Part shown: piece by piece, positions 1-11,420 of the stretch
Position numbering within the stretch: position 1 is the first letter of the stretch
Layout of the letters: each line of letters starts with the position of its first letter
NCBI GenBank assembly: GCA_023920165.1
Contig: CP089277.1
Span: 4,154,001 to 4,218,000, forward strand
Direction: 5' to 3'
Length of the DNA stretch: 64,000 nucleotides
DNA from: Curvularia clavata
Lineage: Eukaryota
Notes under the pieces: model-generated
What the model saw: the letters and a program-made list of their open reading frames with translations, nothing else
Databases searched by the model: none
What the model was told of the DNA's origin: nothing
Position numbers and translations under genes: made by a program

Positions 1-152
1 GGTATGCCCCAATATAGGCTCTAGATATCGTTACAGAATATACAGTGACTAACAAAAACCTTTTTAGTCTCTCTAATAGTAACGCAAAACTCGCAGCTTT
101 ATATATGTATATAAGTATACAGAGTAGTTACCATATATAAGATTAGAGCTAG

Positions 153-342
153 TGTCAGGATCTGGCCCAAATTAGACCAATCTAGCCCAATCTTAGTTAG
201 CAAGAGACTACCTAAGACTATAAATTTGTAGTAATTAATAGAACATTTTGATAGTGATTCGACTCGTAAATATATAGCTGTTAACGGATAGTTCTCTTCT
301 ATCTATCTCATGCTGTATTATTAACCTACTCATAGTCTAACA
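153..342. mobile_element. Possible RIP-degraded solo LTR
   Basis: 190-bp AT/TpA-rich segment bounded by TGTCAG...CTAACA (one transition from a perfect inverted end). Flanking 5-mers do not match, so no TSD. Confidence 0.3.
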
Positions 343-937
343 CCTGTTTATTTCAAACGATTGTCTTATCAACATATTTTCTTTTGTATTGATAAAATAG
401 AGCTGTTGAGTTGTTATAAAAGAAACTTCAATATCAACATATTTACTTTTTTAGAAGCGGTGTAGTATTTCTTCTTATACAGTGGAAAGTCGGTGAATAG
501 TATATGATTTAGATTTGAGACTTACTGTAAGAGATGTAGCAGGTATTAGATTTTCAGCTGTATTAAAACACAGCAGCAGTATGAAAATACTTGACCCAGC
601 TCCATCTAGGCCACCACGCGCTCAAGAGAGACAGTGTGCTGGAGCTGATTAGAAATGTACATGTGATATAGTAACAAGAATGTTATAATAGTTATTATAC
701 AAGTTCTTAGGTTTTTTCTTTCCAACAATGAGACAGGGGCTTTGTGTTGTACAGATACTCAGTCCTAGTAGCCTAAAAGGTATCCAACGGAACCCAAGAG
801 CTGTACTTTGGACCTTATATTATGATCACGTGAAAATGAGTTACCTATATCTACTGATTAGTAAAAAGATAGTTAAAACTATTTCGAGAAACTGTATAGA
901 ACTATACAGTTAACTTAAAAGATATGAAAACTAAATC

Positions 938-1106
938 TCAAGTGGTAAGTATTAGTTAAGTGCAATATATCAAGTGTTGAATGTTGAGAGCTGAATATCA
1001 AGTGCCAAGTATTAAATGTTGAGTGCAGAGTGTTGAGAGCCGAGTATCCAGTGCCGAGTACTGAATGTTGAGTGTGGACTGTTGAGTCTTGATTGTTGAG
1101 TATTAA
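938..1106. repeat. Degenerate 7-bp-period minisatellite (consensus near GTGTTGA)
   Basis: Run of heptamer variants such as gtgttga, atgttga, gagctga, gtgccga, gtactga, ctgttga, gtcttga, ttgttga. Confidence 0.7.
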
Positions 1107-1257
1107 GAAAATAGAATTATTCCATACTATGTACCCGGTAGTTGCAAAAACGTTATATATCCTTCCTCTCATGAATTCCCCAATTAACATAACACATACA
1201 ATAATAAAGATAGCTACCACTACTACTACTGCCTATAAAACAGCAACTACAGCAACA

Positions 1258-1842
1258 ATGCGCGTTGCTCTTTTTACTATTGTTACCCTCCTAGGCCTGA
1301 CTACCACCGCCACTATCCTACCAAAACGCGGCGAAACTACTAAACGGAACACTAATGTTTGTCCTGGCATTGAATATCCACGGTGCTGTGAAACAAATGA
1401 CAATGGGGTTGTTGTATCTTGTGTATACCGTACGTAATACCCTTTTTCATTAATGACGTTATTTTCATATTTGCTCAATTCTTCGTTATGACATTCCTTA
1501 GTATAATGCACATCTATGTAATGTATCATACCTTCGCTAACTTAGACATTTTTAGCTGGAAAAATTGACTCAATGGAAGATTTTAAGAGGGCTTGTGAAC
1601 AAATGAACGAAAAAGACCGCGAAGAACGCGAAGGACACCGAGGACGTGGAGGACGCGAAGGACGCGAAAAGCGAGCAGACGAAGAGGAAGAAGAAGAAGA
1701 AAAAAAAGAAGGTGGCAAAGTATACCGCGAAGGGAAACAGCCTATGTGCTGTCGCTCTGATGATGCATCGGTTGTACCAGATGTTGGGAACCTGCTACCT
1801 CGCGCTGTGACTGATAATATGTGCACAGATCTAGAGGGTTAG
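1258..1842 (+). CDS. Secreted class II hydrophobin-like protein, 152 aa (exons 1258-1429, 1556-1842)
   Basis: Signal peptide MRVALFTIVTLLGLTTTA. Intron GTACGT...GCTAAC...TAG joins two ORF-track fragments in frame. Eight Cys as C-X7-CC-X10-C-X15-C-X50-CC-X23-C. TATAAAA about 25 bp upstream. Confidence 0.75.
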
Positions 1843-2160
1843 TTAATTGTTATGCTTGAGTGGGAGAGGGGAGGAATGTAGATAATGCGGGCATAGATAA
1901 AATCTAGCATATTGTCTTTCCGTTCGCGGATGTTTTGTATCCTATGTTTTAAGCAGCAGTATCCAGTTGACTTTTGACCTAATACTAGATTCACATAGGT
2001 GGGGCTGTTATGGGCGTGAAGTGATAATTTCAAAGAGTTCTGATTGCAATCGCTCTCGCGATAGCTACAGATAATCACCTATTTAGTAGCCCGTAAAAGA
2101 TGGAAAGAAGAGATTACCATCCCCACTATCCCCCGTAGGCCGCCGCCAGCGCCAGTAGCG

Positions 2161-2995
2161 CAGAATTCGGGTGCGCAGTCGAGCGCCTGGGTTCTGGTTC
2201 CTCCCCATCCCATACCTATCCCATAGCATGTCTCTGCTCTTTACCGATAGTCTATCCTTGACGACGGAGGCGCTTACTCCTTCGAATCCCAGTAGCAGCA
2301 TCACTAGTGGACTGCGCTCGCGCGTGTCTAGTCCCCGCGACTGGCCCACGCAAGGAAGACTCAGCCTGATTAAGTGTGGCAGCATGAGTGCCTGGAGCCA
2401 GCATGGGCGCTGCAACAATCTCGTTACCAAAGCTCTCGGAGTCACCGCCGTCAGGGCTAGCATCGTCCAGATTGTCGACTTACATCTACTCCTTGGTAGA
2501 TTACGTAGCCCATATGAGAGACTAGAGGCTATAAGACACATCGACTCCTTAACACTGCCAGTTCCCCACCGCCGGCCCCAGAGGTAGTAGAGCGTACTAT
2601 AGACCATTGAGTCTTTACTCTATTATAGAGATATTACCCCGCCTAGAGACTATATCCAAGGTGATACAAGAATTGCTAGTTCTATTAGGGAATTTTAAGA
2701 TAACTACCTCTGAAGTCAGTACAGTAGATAGAAGTAAAGTTACAACACTAGTCTATCATCTAGATGATTTATCTAATAGTAGTAAGGAGGAGGTGACTCT
2801 TGTCTTCAGGTAGAAGCTACACAGGAGGTAGCAGCTGACAGCAAAGAGAGGAGGGAGCACACGACGATCTCCGACTAAGCTATTACATCCATCGACCCTA
2901 GCAACAGTAAGCACCAGCCGCCTGGTGCACTGCTTCTCGATAAGATCTTGGAACGTCCACAGAATCCGGGTGCTTGACTGCGCACCCGGATTTTG
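2161..2995. repeat. Pair of 36-bp inverted repeats, each a hairpin (2161-2196, 2960-2995)
   Basis: Left copy matches the reverse complement of the right copy at 30/36 positions, all six mismatches transitions. Right copy folds as a 14-bp stem (13 matched) with an 8-nt loop. Confidence 0.75.
2252..2820 (-). pseudogene. RIP-like degraded ORF of unknown function
   Basis: Minus strand reads LPEDKSHLLLTTIR*II*MID*CC... and LLPLGPAVGNWQC*GVDVSYSL*...VDNLDDASPDGGDSES...TGIRRSKRLRRQG*. The stops read are TAA/TAG, as expected from CAA/CAG by C-to-T change. Confidence 0.45.
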
Positions 2996-4422
2996 TCTGA
3001 CTGCCCAATTGCGTGTATGGGCGGTGTTACTCTAGCTGCTTCATATTGTACCATATATATGTAGCCGCAGATAGCTCTCTACAAATTGTAACTCTCTATA
3101 TACTAAAACTATCACTCTGCTCTTTTAGCACAGATCCCTAAATATGACATCGTGCGCTAATATACTTAATTAATCAATACCTAATTAGGTAGTAACCTAG
3201 TCGTATCAAAGCACATATAACATTGTAATATTCGGCAGTCTTACCTACAAGTCTACTGTAATAAGATAGCAACCCAGTAGGTGCCCCTGACCCTACCGCG
3301 ACCCCAGTGCTACGTGACCGAGCTCTACCGTAGCCCAAGTGTTACGCGATTTAGCCCTGCCTCCACCCAAGCGATATACAGCCCAACCCTACCCTGACCT
3401 AAATCTTGGCAGCTCCAGCCCCGACCTCAACCACGGTCTTGGCAGCCAAGCTCACATCCCAGCCCCGACCCATGGTGGGTGCCCCTGACACATTTACCAC
3501 CCTAACCCAAGTTGGCGTTCTCTGTTGCGGGGAGACGAGTAGCCCCTCTAGCTTCGCGATTAAATTTGGTATAGCTCGCGTTAGTACTAGAAACTACCCA
3601 ACGCCACTAAGCAGCCACCAAAAGCACCAAAGGAGCTGAAGCTGAAACTGAAACTGGCAGTGAAGCAGGTTAGCATTATTACACAAATATTGGACAGTGT
3701 TTCTAACAGTTATTGGGGCAATAATAAGGCGTAAAATTCGTAAGGGAAAGTACATGCAGGCGAACGAGACCACAATAATTAGTGAGATAGCCCATTCAAT
3801 AGCTGAGAAAGAGATTAGGGAGCGTAGCCAAGGTGAGAAGCCGGCAAAGGGATCACGCGAAGGGGCTGCGTGCCAGATGATGCATAATTCTTGTCCTTTT
3901 CGGCGAGCTGTGCAGCTAATTCAGATAATGCAGCAAAGACACGATGCACGCCAAGCGCGTGGGAGCATAACCTAATACTCTGGTGGCAATGGAACTTGTG
4001 AAAAAGCAAATTCCTCACGAAGTGGATTAGTAAATCCGTGGAGAAAAACATTGCCACACTTATTGATTGGCTAATCAACTGAAGGCAAACCCAAGCTGTG
4101 CACCGGATAAGTATACAACTGGTTGAGCAGCTGTGATCGTACCAGAGTCTCTCTCCACCGATCAGGACAGTCATCGTCACCGATGATTTCCGTTGAACTG
4201 GCTAAAAGAACCTTAAGTACGCTAACGGCTAGCTTAACTAGCTATCCTTATAACGATTTGCTCAGGTATAGGGGTAGATGTGGTAGAATTCCTTTTGCCC
4301 TCAGCCGCTTCCGCGACTCGACTCAGCCTGTTCCGAGGAGATTTGACGTCTGACGCCATGAGTTCGCTGGTGTACATAAAATATCATTACCAGGAATTTT
4401 CGTCCCATAGCGCAACCGCAAA

Positions 4423-5787
4423 ATGAAGAACATGTCCACCACTACGAACAATGATGTCGTAGCTCCCTGGGGTTACGATTTGCTGCCTTCTCAGAAAGAT
4501 GTACGAGCACAATGGAAATTTCAAATCTTTGCTTCAATAGTTTTGTGCGTATTCTGATGTTCGTGGACTGTGACGCAATATACTAATACATTTTGTTCAG
4601 AGGTGGATACTATTGGGAGTGAGTCTTTCGTACTACCTTCTTCCTCCTAAATCCAAAAAATCAAATTCTAATCTCAGTTCCTAGTACTATTATATCTCTT
4701 CCGAGGGATTTCCAATTCGTCTTTCAGCGAAGGTTTAATTATGCGACTGTTCTTTTCATTGTGAATAGGTAATTTAATATCGGATCTTTCGTTCTCGGCT
4801 GTTGTAGAATATATACTGACTCAATAGGGTTACCTGCATTATCACACTAACCAATTTCTGGCTTTTTGCAGTTTATACTGGAAACCAGTGTTTGCCGGTG
4901 TATAAAATTGCAGGTGTTTTGGAACCAGTTACTATATTCACATCACAAGCTTTATTGCTGATTAGGCATGTTCCCCATATCTGAAAATCATGTGAATATC
5001 TACGCAATGAAATGCTAACGGGCTTATAGGGTTCGCGTTCTCTACCAAGATAATTGGTATCTCCTAATATTCATGATCCTCTTCTTGTGAGATTCGCTCC
5101 TCATCGTCGAAGTCAATGGTTCTAATTTAATACCAGATTCGCAGCTCCGGTATTTGATTTTACAGAGGCCATTATAACAACCGCATCGAATCTTCCAGGA
5201 AATGTTGGCTGTATCTTCGGCCCGTCTTCACCTTATATATATTTGGTCTTTCTGTTGCAAGCCTCATTCGACTGTCTTTGTTTTTTACTCTGCATGTACA
5301 AGGTAAGCTGTCCAAAACGACAATGACTTTACATTGTAGATAGCTAAACTCTCGCAGCTCTTTAGGGTTGGACAGGGAGGCGGATTCATGAGTATTGGTA
5401 AGGAAATGGTGAATGGTGGTGTAAGTGGAATGATTCTCGTGAACACTACTCCCTGACCTCTTCATCTAACCCATTACTTAGCTGGTTTACTATATCCCCA
5501 ATATCATTATTCAAGTGGCAACAATCATTTTGACCCAACAGAAGGGCAGCGAAGACCAGTTCATTTTACCACCAGCGGCGGATGGTATTGCTTCAGCTCA
5601 GGCTCTCAGGATTACACGCAGCCTGTGGAGAAGCGGTCAAAAACAGAGATACCAGATAGAAGATCCAACGAGCTTGACTGTTACAGGTTACAAGGAAGGA
5701 TCTCTCTCCGATGTAGGTCGCATGGTAGAAGATTATCGGGCGACCATGTCAGAAGGTAATGATCACTGCGGAGCAGCGATCACGTGA
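4423..5787 (+). CDS. Seven-transmembrane GPCR-like protein, DUF6533-like, 317 aa, 8 exons
   Basis: Exons 4423-4544, 4601-4618, 4685-4768, 4828-4965, 5030-5086, 5137-5302, 5358-5420, 5482-5787 splice to a 954-nt open frame; each intron has a CTRAY-like branch site. Motifs YYWDTIISLPRDFQFVFQRRFNYATVLFIVNR, LLIRVRVLY, ASFDCLCFLLCMYKL and GGLVYY recall DUF6533 proteins. Seven mostly hydrophobic segments and two loop Cys. Confidence 0.8.
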
Positions 5788-5999
5788 CGCCAATCACGTT
5801 AAGACATGGGGATTAATGGGGATACTATTACTGTGCCTTTTTGAAACATGTTCTGACACTATTTGGTCTCTGCATCCTTCATTCCCTTATACAATGGTGA
5901 CTATGACTTGTTTGTAACACTAGAATCCCTACAGTGCGTTAAAGTGACACGGCGTATTATACTCAGCGAAGCCTAGCTCGTCAACTTTCGCATTAGGTA

Positions 6000-6033
6000 A
6001 TGCGTATGCGTATGCGTATGCGTATTCGTATTC
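6000..6033. repeat. (ATGCGT)n microsatellite
   Basis: atgcgtatgcgtatgcgtatgcgtattcgtattc. Confidence 0.85.
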
Positions 6034-6571
6034 AACCAGCCTAGATAGATTCTAGTTTCTGGATGCAAATGATCTGCATTCATTGACTGAGGATACAATA
6101 AGCCCTTCTTTGTTACTTCTGTATTAATATGCAAAAGTGTTTCTAATATCCCTAGAGCACCAGTGGTACACATGAAAGTCGATTACCCCTTAATCCCCTG
6201 CCATACCTCGATTGATTAGTCTTAGTGAGATGTCAAGTGACTGGATCCTCGCGGCGCGAAGATCATTACCTTGTGACGCGGCCGCTTTCCAACTTCATTA
6301 CCTTGCTGTAGATCAAAGGGCTAGAGTGTCGCATTAAGTCTGGTGGGGTACCTATATTACTGATTCGACACGTCAATTAAGGAGGGGTAATTATGTCAGT
6401 GAGGCTGACAATATGGACCGACAACACTGTGACCAGTACTAATGAGCTATTTTCGGTTATCTGCTCCAAGATCTATTTCTTGATGGCAGCAACACTATTT
6501 GTATTCAATTACCCTAGTCACAGTTTTCCTTCAAAACGCTACTACAAGGAATCTTTGTCTTAGCTCTCAAG

Positions 6572-8652
6572 ATGGCTGACAGTGACTTTGGAAACAATGC
6601 TAGACCACAATCAGAGCTCATCAGAACATATGCGAGCAGCATAGCTAACGCATTGGGGGTATTAATTATCATTTCTCTTGTAACAAGATGGGCGCATTAC
6701 TATCACCGAACTGTAAGTGCTGACCCTGCTGCGATACCACGGATTTCCACAGATTTAAACCTTTGAACTGCTTATGCTAATATCTTGTAGCCCAAAGTGC
6801 CTTCGGTTGGATTCTGGTCTATACCATACTTCGGATCATGGATAGCAGGGATCAAATTCATGCGTAATCCAGTGAGACTTGTACAAGAAGGCATGGGTAG
6901 AGCCAAAAACGGCCTCCTCCTTGTCGCTACTCTTTCGGATGAGTTCGTGCTTGTGACGACCAAGGAAAAGGTTGCGGAATACATGAAGGCTCCCGATTCG
7001 GTTCTCAACATGCAAGATGGAGCCAATGATGTAAGTCAGCGAACCGATAGCTTGTGTGTATGGACCTCAAAGCATATGATACCCCCTAGCAACAGCATTG
7101 TTTTGAATTACCAGTTTAACCCAGCAACGTATGCGGAGAAGCTGCTAAGTATATATAATAGGCACAGCAGATCCCTTTCACCATGGGTTACGGAGTGGCA
7201 TACAGAACTTACCACAATGTTGTAGTTCGCAAACAAATCACTCCAAATCTATCCCAATTCACCGCGGATATGGTGGAAGAAGTTTCAGTATCATTCCAGG
7301 ACCTGATTGGATCACCTCGAGGTTTGAAGCAGTATGCAAATTGAGCACAACGTGATTTAACATTTTACAAAGATTGGAAACCCATCCCTTTATACCAAAT
7401 CATCGCAATGACCGTAGCGCGAGTCAGCAATAAGATCTTCGTCGGCGGGGACTTTTGTAAGATAACCCAAATCTTTTGATCATCCTATTCCTGATCTTGG
7501 TGTCTCAGATCGAAACGCAGAGTACCTTCAAAATGCAACCGACTATGCTCAAGCTGTAGTTCTCTCTGCAGAAGTACTCCGCTTATTTCCACATTGGGCA
7601 AAAAGGTATGCAACGCCCCAGCATAATCTAACATATACTATATTGAAGCTAAGTACTGTAGGTACCTTGTCAAGTTCTTGCCCGTTACCAAATGCATGCG
7701 CAAAGCAATGAAGTTTCTTGGACCAATGGTACAGGATCGCATAGACGGTAAGTATCCAGATGGCAAGAAACCAGAAGACTTAATCCAATGGCTTATCGAT
7801 GCGGCCCCGCCTATTGAAAAAACCGCATACCAACTTGTGGAGAGAGTCATGGCCCTCAACGTCGCCTCGATCCACACCACTACAATGGTACGATGGCATT
7901 GAATACAAGTACTACGTAAAATCTGACGCCAACCCTTTTAACAGACCTTTACAGCCGCCATATATTCTCTGGCAGCAGAACCTGCAAAGTACATGGATAC
8001 GTTGCGAGCTGAAGTGATCCAAAACCTAGTGGATGGACGACTCACACATGAAACCATTCAAAATCTCGTCTACATTGACAGCTTCTTACGCGAATCCGCG
8101 CGTTTCAATGTAGCTGGCTTGGGTAAGCTCTCACAATGCTTGTTTGTTGTGCGTGTGTAGTTCATCGATATCTGACACCACTAGCTGCCCTGCAAAGACA
8201 CGCGAGACAAAGCTTTACTTTCTCGGATGGGACAATTATCCCGGCCGGAGCAAAAGTGGTGAGTCCGAGCCGGATCTTGCATCGTGATCCTACATCCTAC
8301 AACAATCCTGAGGCCTTCGAGGGCTTCCGGTTCGTTCAAGAGCGAGATGGCAAACCGGCGCTTGAGAAAACAGTGGTGACCACCGGCACCGATTTTCATT
8401 TGTTCGGCCATGGAAGGCATCCTTGGTAAGCCTGGAAGCTATTCCTACTGCGCGTTAGTATAGCAAAGCTGACTGCCAACACGCAGCCCTGGTCGATTTT
8501 TCGCTGTTCACGAGATGAAGATAATGTTTGCAATATTGGTTTTACACTATGACATAGAACTGGCGCCTGGCACAAAACCAAAAGAAACATACATTGCGAC
8601 AATGGCCATACCAGACACTGGTCTTAATGTTCTATTTAGATCGAGGGTGTAA
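6572..8652 (+). CDS. Cytochrome P450, ent-kaurene-oxidase/CYP503/CYP512-like motifs, 9 exons
   Basis: N-terminal membrane anchor, I-helix LNVASIHTTTM, K-helix ESAR, PEAFEGFRF, and heme motif FGHGRHPCPGRFFA with the Cys codon split by the last intron. Eight GT-AG introns; TAA stop at 8650-8652. Confidence 0.95.
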
Positions 8653-10088
8653 GTGCCAAAGTACCTGCCATCCTGTGCAGCGGAAAATCCACTGTGCTGG
8701 AAAATGTAGCAAGTACTTTGATCTTATATGACGATAGGTTTCTGTTGTGTGACTGGTTTCTTTGCTTTTATAAAGACTAAGGATTCTGCATTAGACCGTA
8801 TCTGCTCCACAAGTCAAAATAAATACTCAATGAAGTCCCAATTCGCATCGCTGCAAATCAACAACGAGATCAGAGTGTTGAAGGTAGCACAGCACAACGA
8901 TCCAGAATTTTACTTGAATGTCAGGACAGGAAGAACTCCTCAAACATGTTGGACTAGCGGAATCAATGAGAGTATAAAAGGATACCCAAGTGAAGCAAGT
9001 CAAAATGCGCTATCTGTAAGTGACTCACAATACTGTTCACCACGAAATCTTCTCTTTGAATGGTTTGATATAATTTATTGGAATTTCCCCCTTGGTCTTG
9101 CGGGCCAGACTACAACTGTTTCAAGTGAGGGGAAGGTTCATCGAAATTTGTAGCTGTTTTTATCTATAGGTCTAATAACATCGCGGACAAACCAGCAATT
9201 ATGATCTCTGTAATTCCACTTTATCCGGAATAACTACACCATCTGGCGACTGATTGTTCCTTGGCTTCATCTATGTAGTGATTCCGGCTCGCAATACCGT
9301 TACGCGGTGTGTCTGAATAAGTCTGAAGATTAGCTTAATCTCGTCGTTCTCTATTTGAATGTACAACCAGTCTTCAGTTATCGAGTTTTCTAATCTGCTA
9401 AACCACTCATACACAATGGTGTTAAGAACTCTTGAGGCTTCGCAGAAATAGAAAAGTACGCGTTGAAGACGTACACAGGTCGTGGAAGCCAATTCTTCAC
9501 TACGGGAAGAGCGTCTGGTGTAATGGGAAGCAATATGCGTGTATCAACGTCCTCGGATATTTTTCGAGGGTGCAGTATCATACTCGGGCGTTCCTGCGGC
9601 TTGATGGGCCAGAGCGATTGAGCCTTAGTAGCTAGGCTCTATAGCATTGTACTTTGGTTGCAGGCCAAAATTTTGTAACTGGATCCGTGCGCAAAAGATG
9701 AGAGTAAGCTCGAACAGGTGATTAAATACTCTTCTGAGCCCATGATAGCCTCGTTAAGTCTCGAGTCTAGGGGTTTTTGTCGATCGTGTGCGAAAACTGT
9801 ATAGCGTCGGAGTGACAAAACTTATGCCTGCGACCATAGTAGAAGATGTAGAAGGAATTGGCTATGACACCTTGTCGGGAATCGTTATCCGTCTACTTCT
9901 GCGCAGGCGCTCAGTGCAAGTATATGATCGCTACCAAGGATCAGGTACAATACGAAAAACCACATTTTAAAATACAAAATTGAACCGCCAATCGAAAGTG
10001 TATGAATTCATTGACTGGCCATTGTTGGGTACATTGTTCTAGTTGATCTTATCCTATACGGGATGGTTGCGCCAGACACGTTGCTAAA

Positions 10089-10170
10089 TGACGTCAGCTA
10101 TACTGACCTCAGACCCAATCAGCACCTAGTACATGAGGAGTACCGAGGCTTGCATAACGACACTGAGTCA
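10089..10170. promoter_or_regulatory. Candidate bZIP sites upstream of the ABM-barrel gene
   Basis: TGACGTCA (CRE palindrome) at 10089-10096 and TGAGTCA (AP-1-like) at 10164-10170, about 220-300 bp before the likely ATG. Confidence 0.4.
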
Positions 10171-10386
10171 GCGTCTTATTCTACACTGGTCGGTACAAGT
10201 AATCACCCAACACGTGTTATGTCATCTCCACTGACATGCAAAACTTGGCGTCCGTATCCAGGAACGGCAATAAAGTTTAACACATGTATTTTTCGTGAAA
10301 GCGACAGCTTTAAGGCGTGCTTTCAACTACTTTATCAGAACTTTTATACCAATCTCGATCCGGATCTTCGTCATCTCTTAACCGTC

Positions 10387-11010
10387 ATGGCCACGAATGA
10401 ACAAATGGCAAATTATGCGGCCGTTCTCAGCCAGTACAAACCTGCTCAAGACAAAGCCTTAACAGAAGTCGCTATTTTCAAACTCAAAGAGGTTCAATCG
10501 GCCGCTACGCTAGAGTACTTTGAGTCTCAAATCATTCAAAACACAGCTGCAGGAAAGGGCATCATACGGCAATCATATGGTTTCTCTCTGTCAGACCCAC
10601 ATACCTTGATCTGGATGCTAGACTGGGAGAAGATACAGGACCACTGGGACTTTTGGCAAACACCCGCTTTTGCACCTGTAATAGCGTGTATCGACAAAAT
10701 CTTTGTTTCTGGACGACCACTGGTGCGGCATTATGATTTTCAGCCACCTGGCATGCTGAAGCAGAGAATACAAAAGGTTTTTGTGTGGAATGACGAGTCT
10801 GAAGCGAGTAAAGCTGAAACTCTGTTGGGAAAGAATACCAACGCATCAGCTAAGAAAGATGCATATGCTGTCGATATGCAAGAAACTAGTTGGCGATGCG
10901 TTGTCTTTGGATATGAGAACGAGGAGGCCTCTTCTAAAGAAAATATTGTTGACTGGGAAGGGTTGGAAGCTCATCTTGTCAAACTAGAATTCATTGAGAA
11001 GCCAAATTGA
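10387..11010 (+). CDS. Dimeric alpha-beta barrel (ABM-like) protein, 207 aa
   Basis: Intronless ORF. LTEVAIFKLK and LIWMLDWEKIQDHWDFWQTPAF resemble fungal ABM-type barrels. ATG 10387 preferred over 10063. Confidence 0.65.
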   Translation: MATNEQMANYAAVLSQYKPAQDKALTEVAIFKLKEVQSAATLEYFESQIIQNTAAGKGIIRQSYGFSLSDPHTLIWMLDWEKIQDHWDFWQTPAFAPVIACIDKIFVSGRPLVRHYDFQPPGMLKQRIQKVFVWNDESEASKAETLLGKNTNASAKKDAYAVDMQETSWRCVVFGYENEEASSKENIVDWEGLEAHLVKLEFIEKPN

Positions 11011-11420
11011 GGAACAAAGCTGAGACCCAACAAGAAGAGATATAGCAAATTTTATCTGCGCCCTCTTAAGAGAACTCATTAATCCACACTTTCAAAGACA
11101 TCTACCATGTAATGTAGTCGGGTGATGCATTGCAACGCGGAGCTTACTTCGGAACTGAGATACACGCCTCTGTCTTTAAATAGAGTAGACTACACCGAGA
11201 CCTTTGTTCAACAGTTTCAAAGACCATGTGCATTGGAAAGTTCATGGCCATGTTAAACGTGTTGAGGTAGATATAATTCACCAGCAAGCAAGAGGCTCCA
11301 ATTTTATAGCCAGCAGTATGCAAGCATGGCTTGCTCTTGGATGGCCAGGCAAACGAACGATTATTGTCGATAAGAAATGATGGTTTATGGAAATATACAT
11401 ATACCCCAATTACTTTGAAT

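Noticed and set aside
3275..3520. C-rich repeats resembling telomeric CCCTAA
   Set aside because: Only one exact CCCTAA plus a short direct repeat (ggtgcccctgac); no tandem array.
4423..5787. Membrane terpene cyclase or UbiA prenyltransferase as a cluster backbone
   Set aside because: No DDxxD, NDxxD or Pyr4-type WE motif seen; the sequence fits a DUF6533-like 7-TM protein better. Not formally excluded without a structure search.
8700..9970. Short ORFs between the P450 and the ABM gene
   Set aside because: No motifs or consistent splice model; at most a decayed minus-strand gene fragment.
10063..10386. 108-aa N-terminal extension of the 315-aa ORF
   Set aside because: Looks like promoter and 5' UTR: it holds bZIP-like sites and a pyrimidine-rich leader, and the domain-like sequence starts after ATG 10387.
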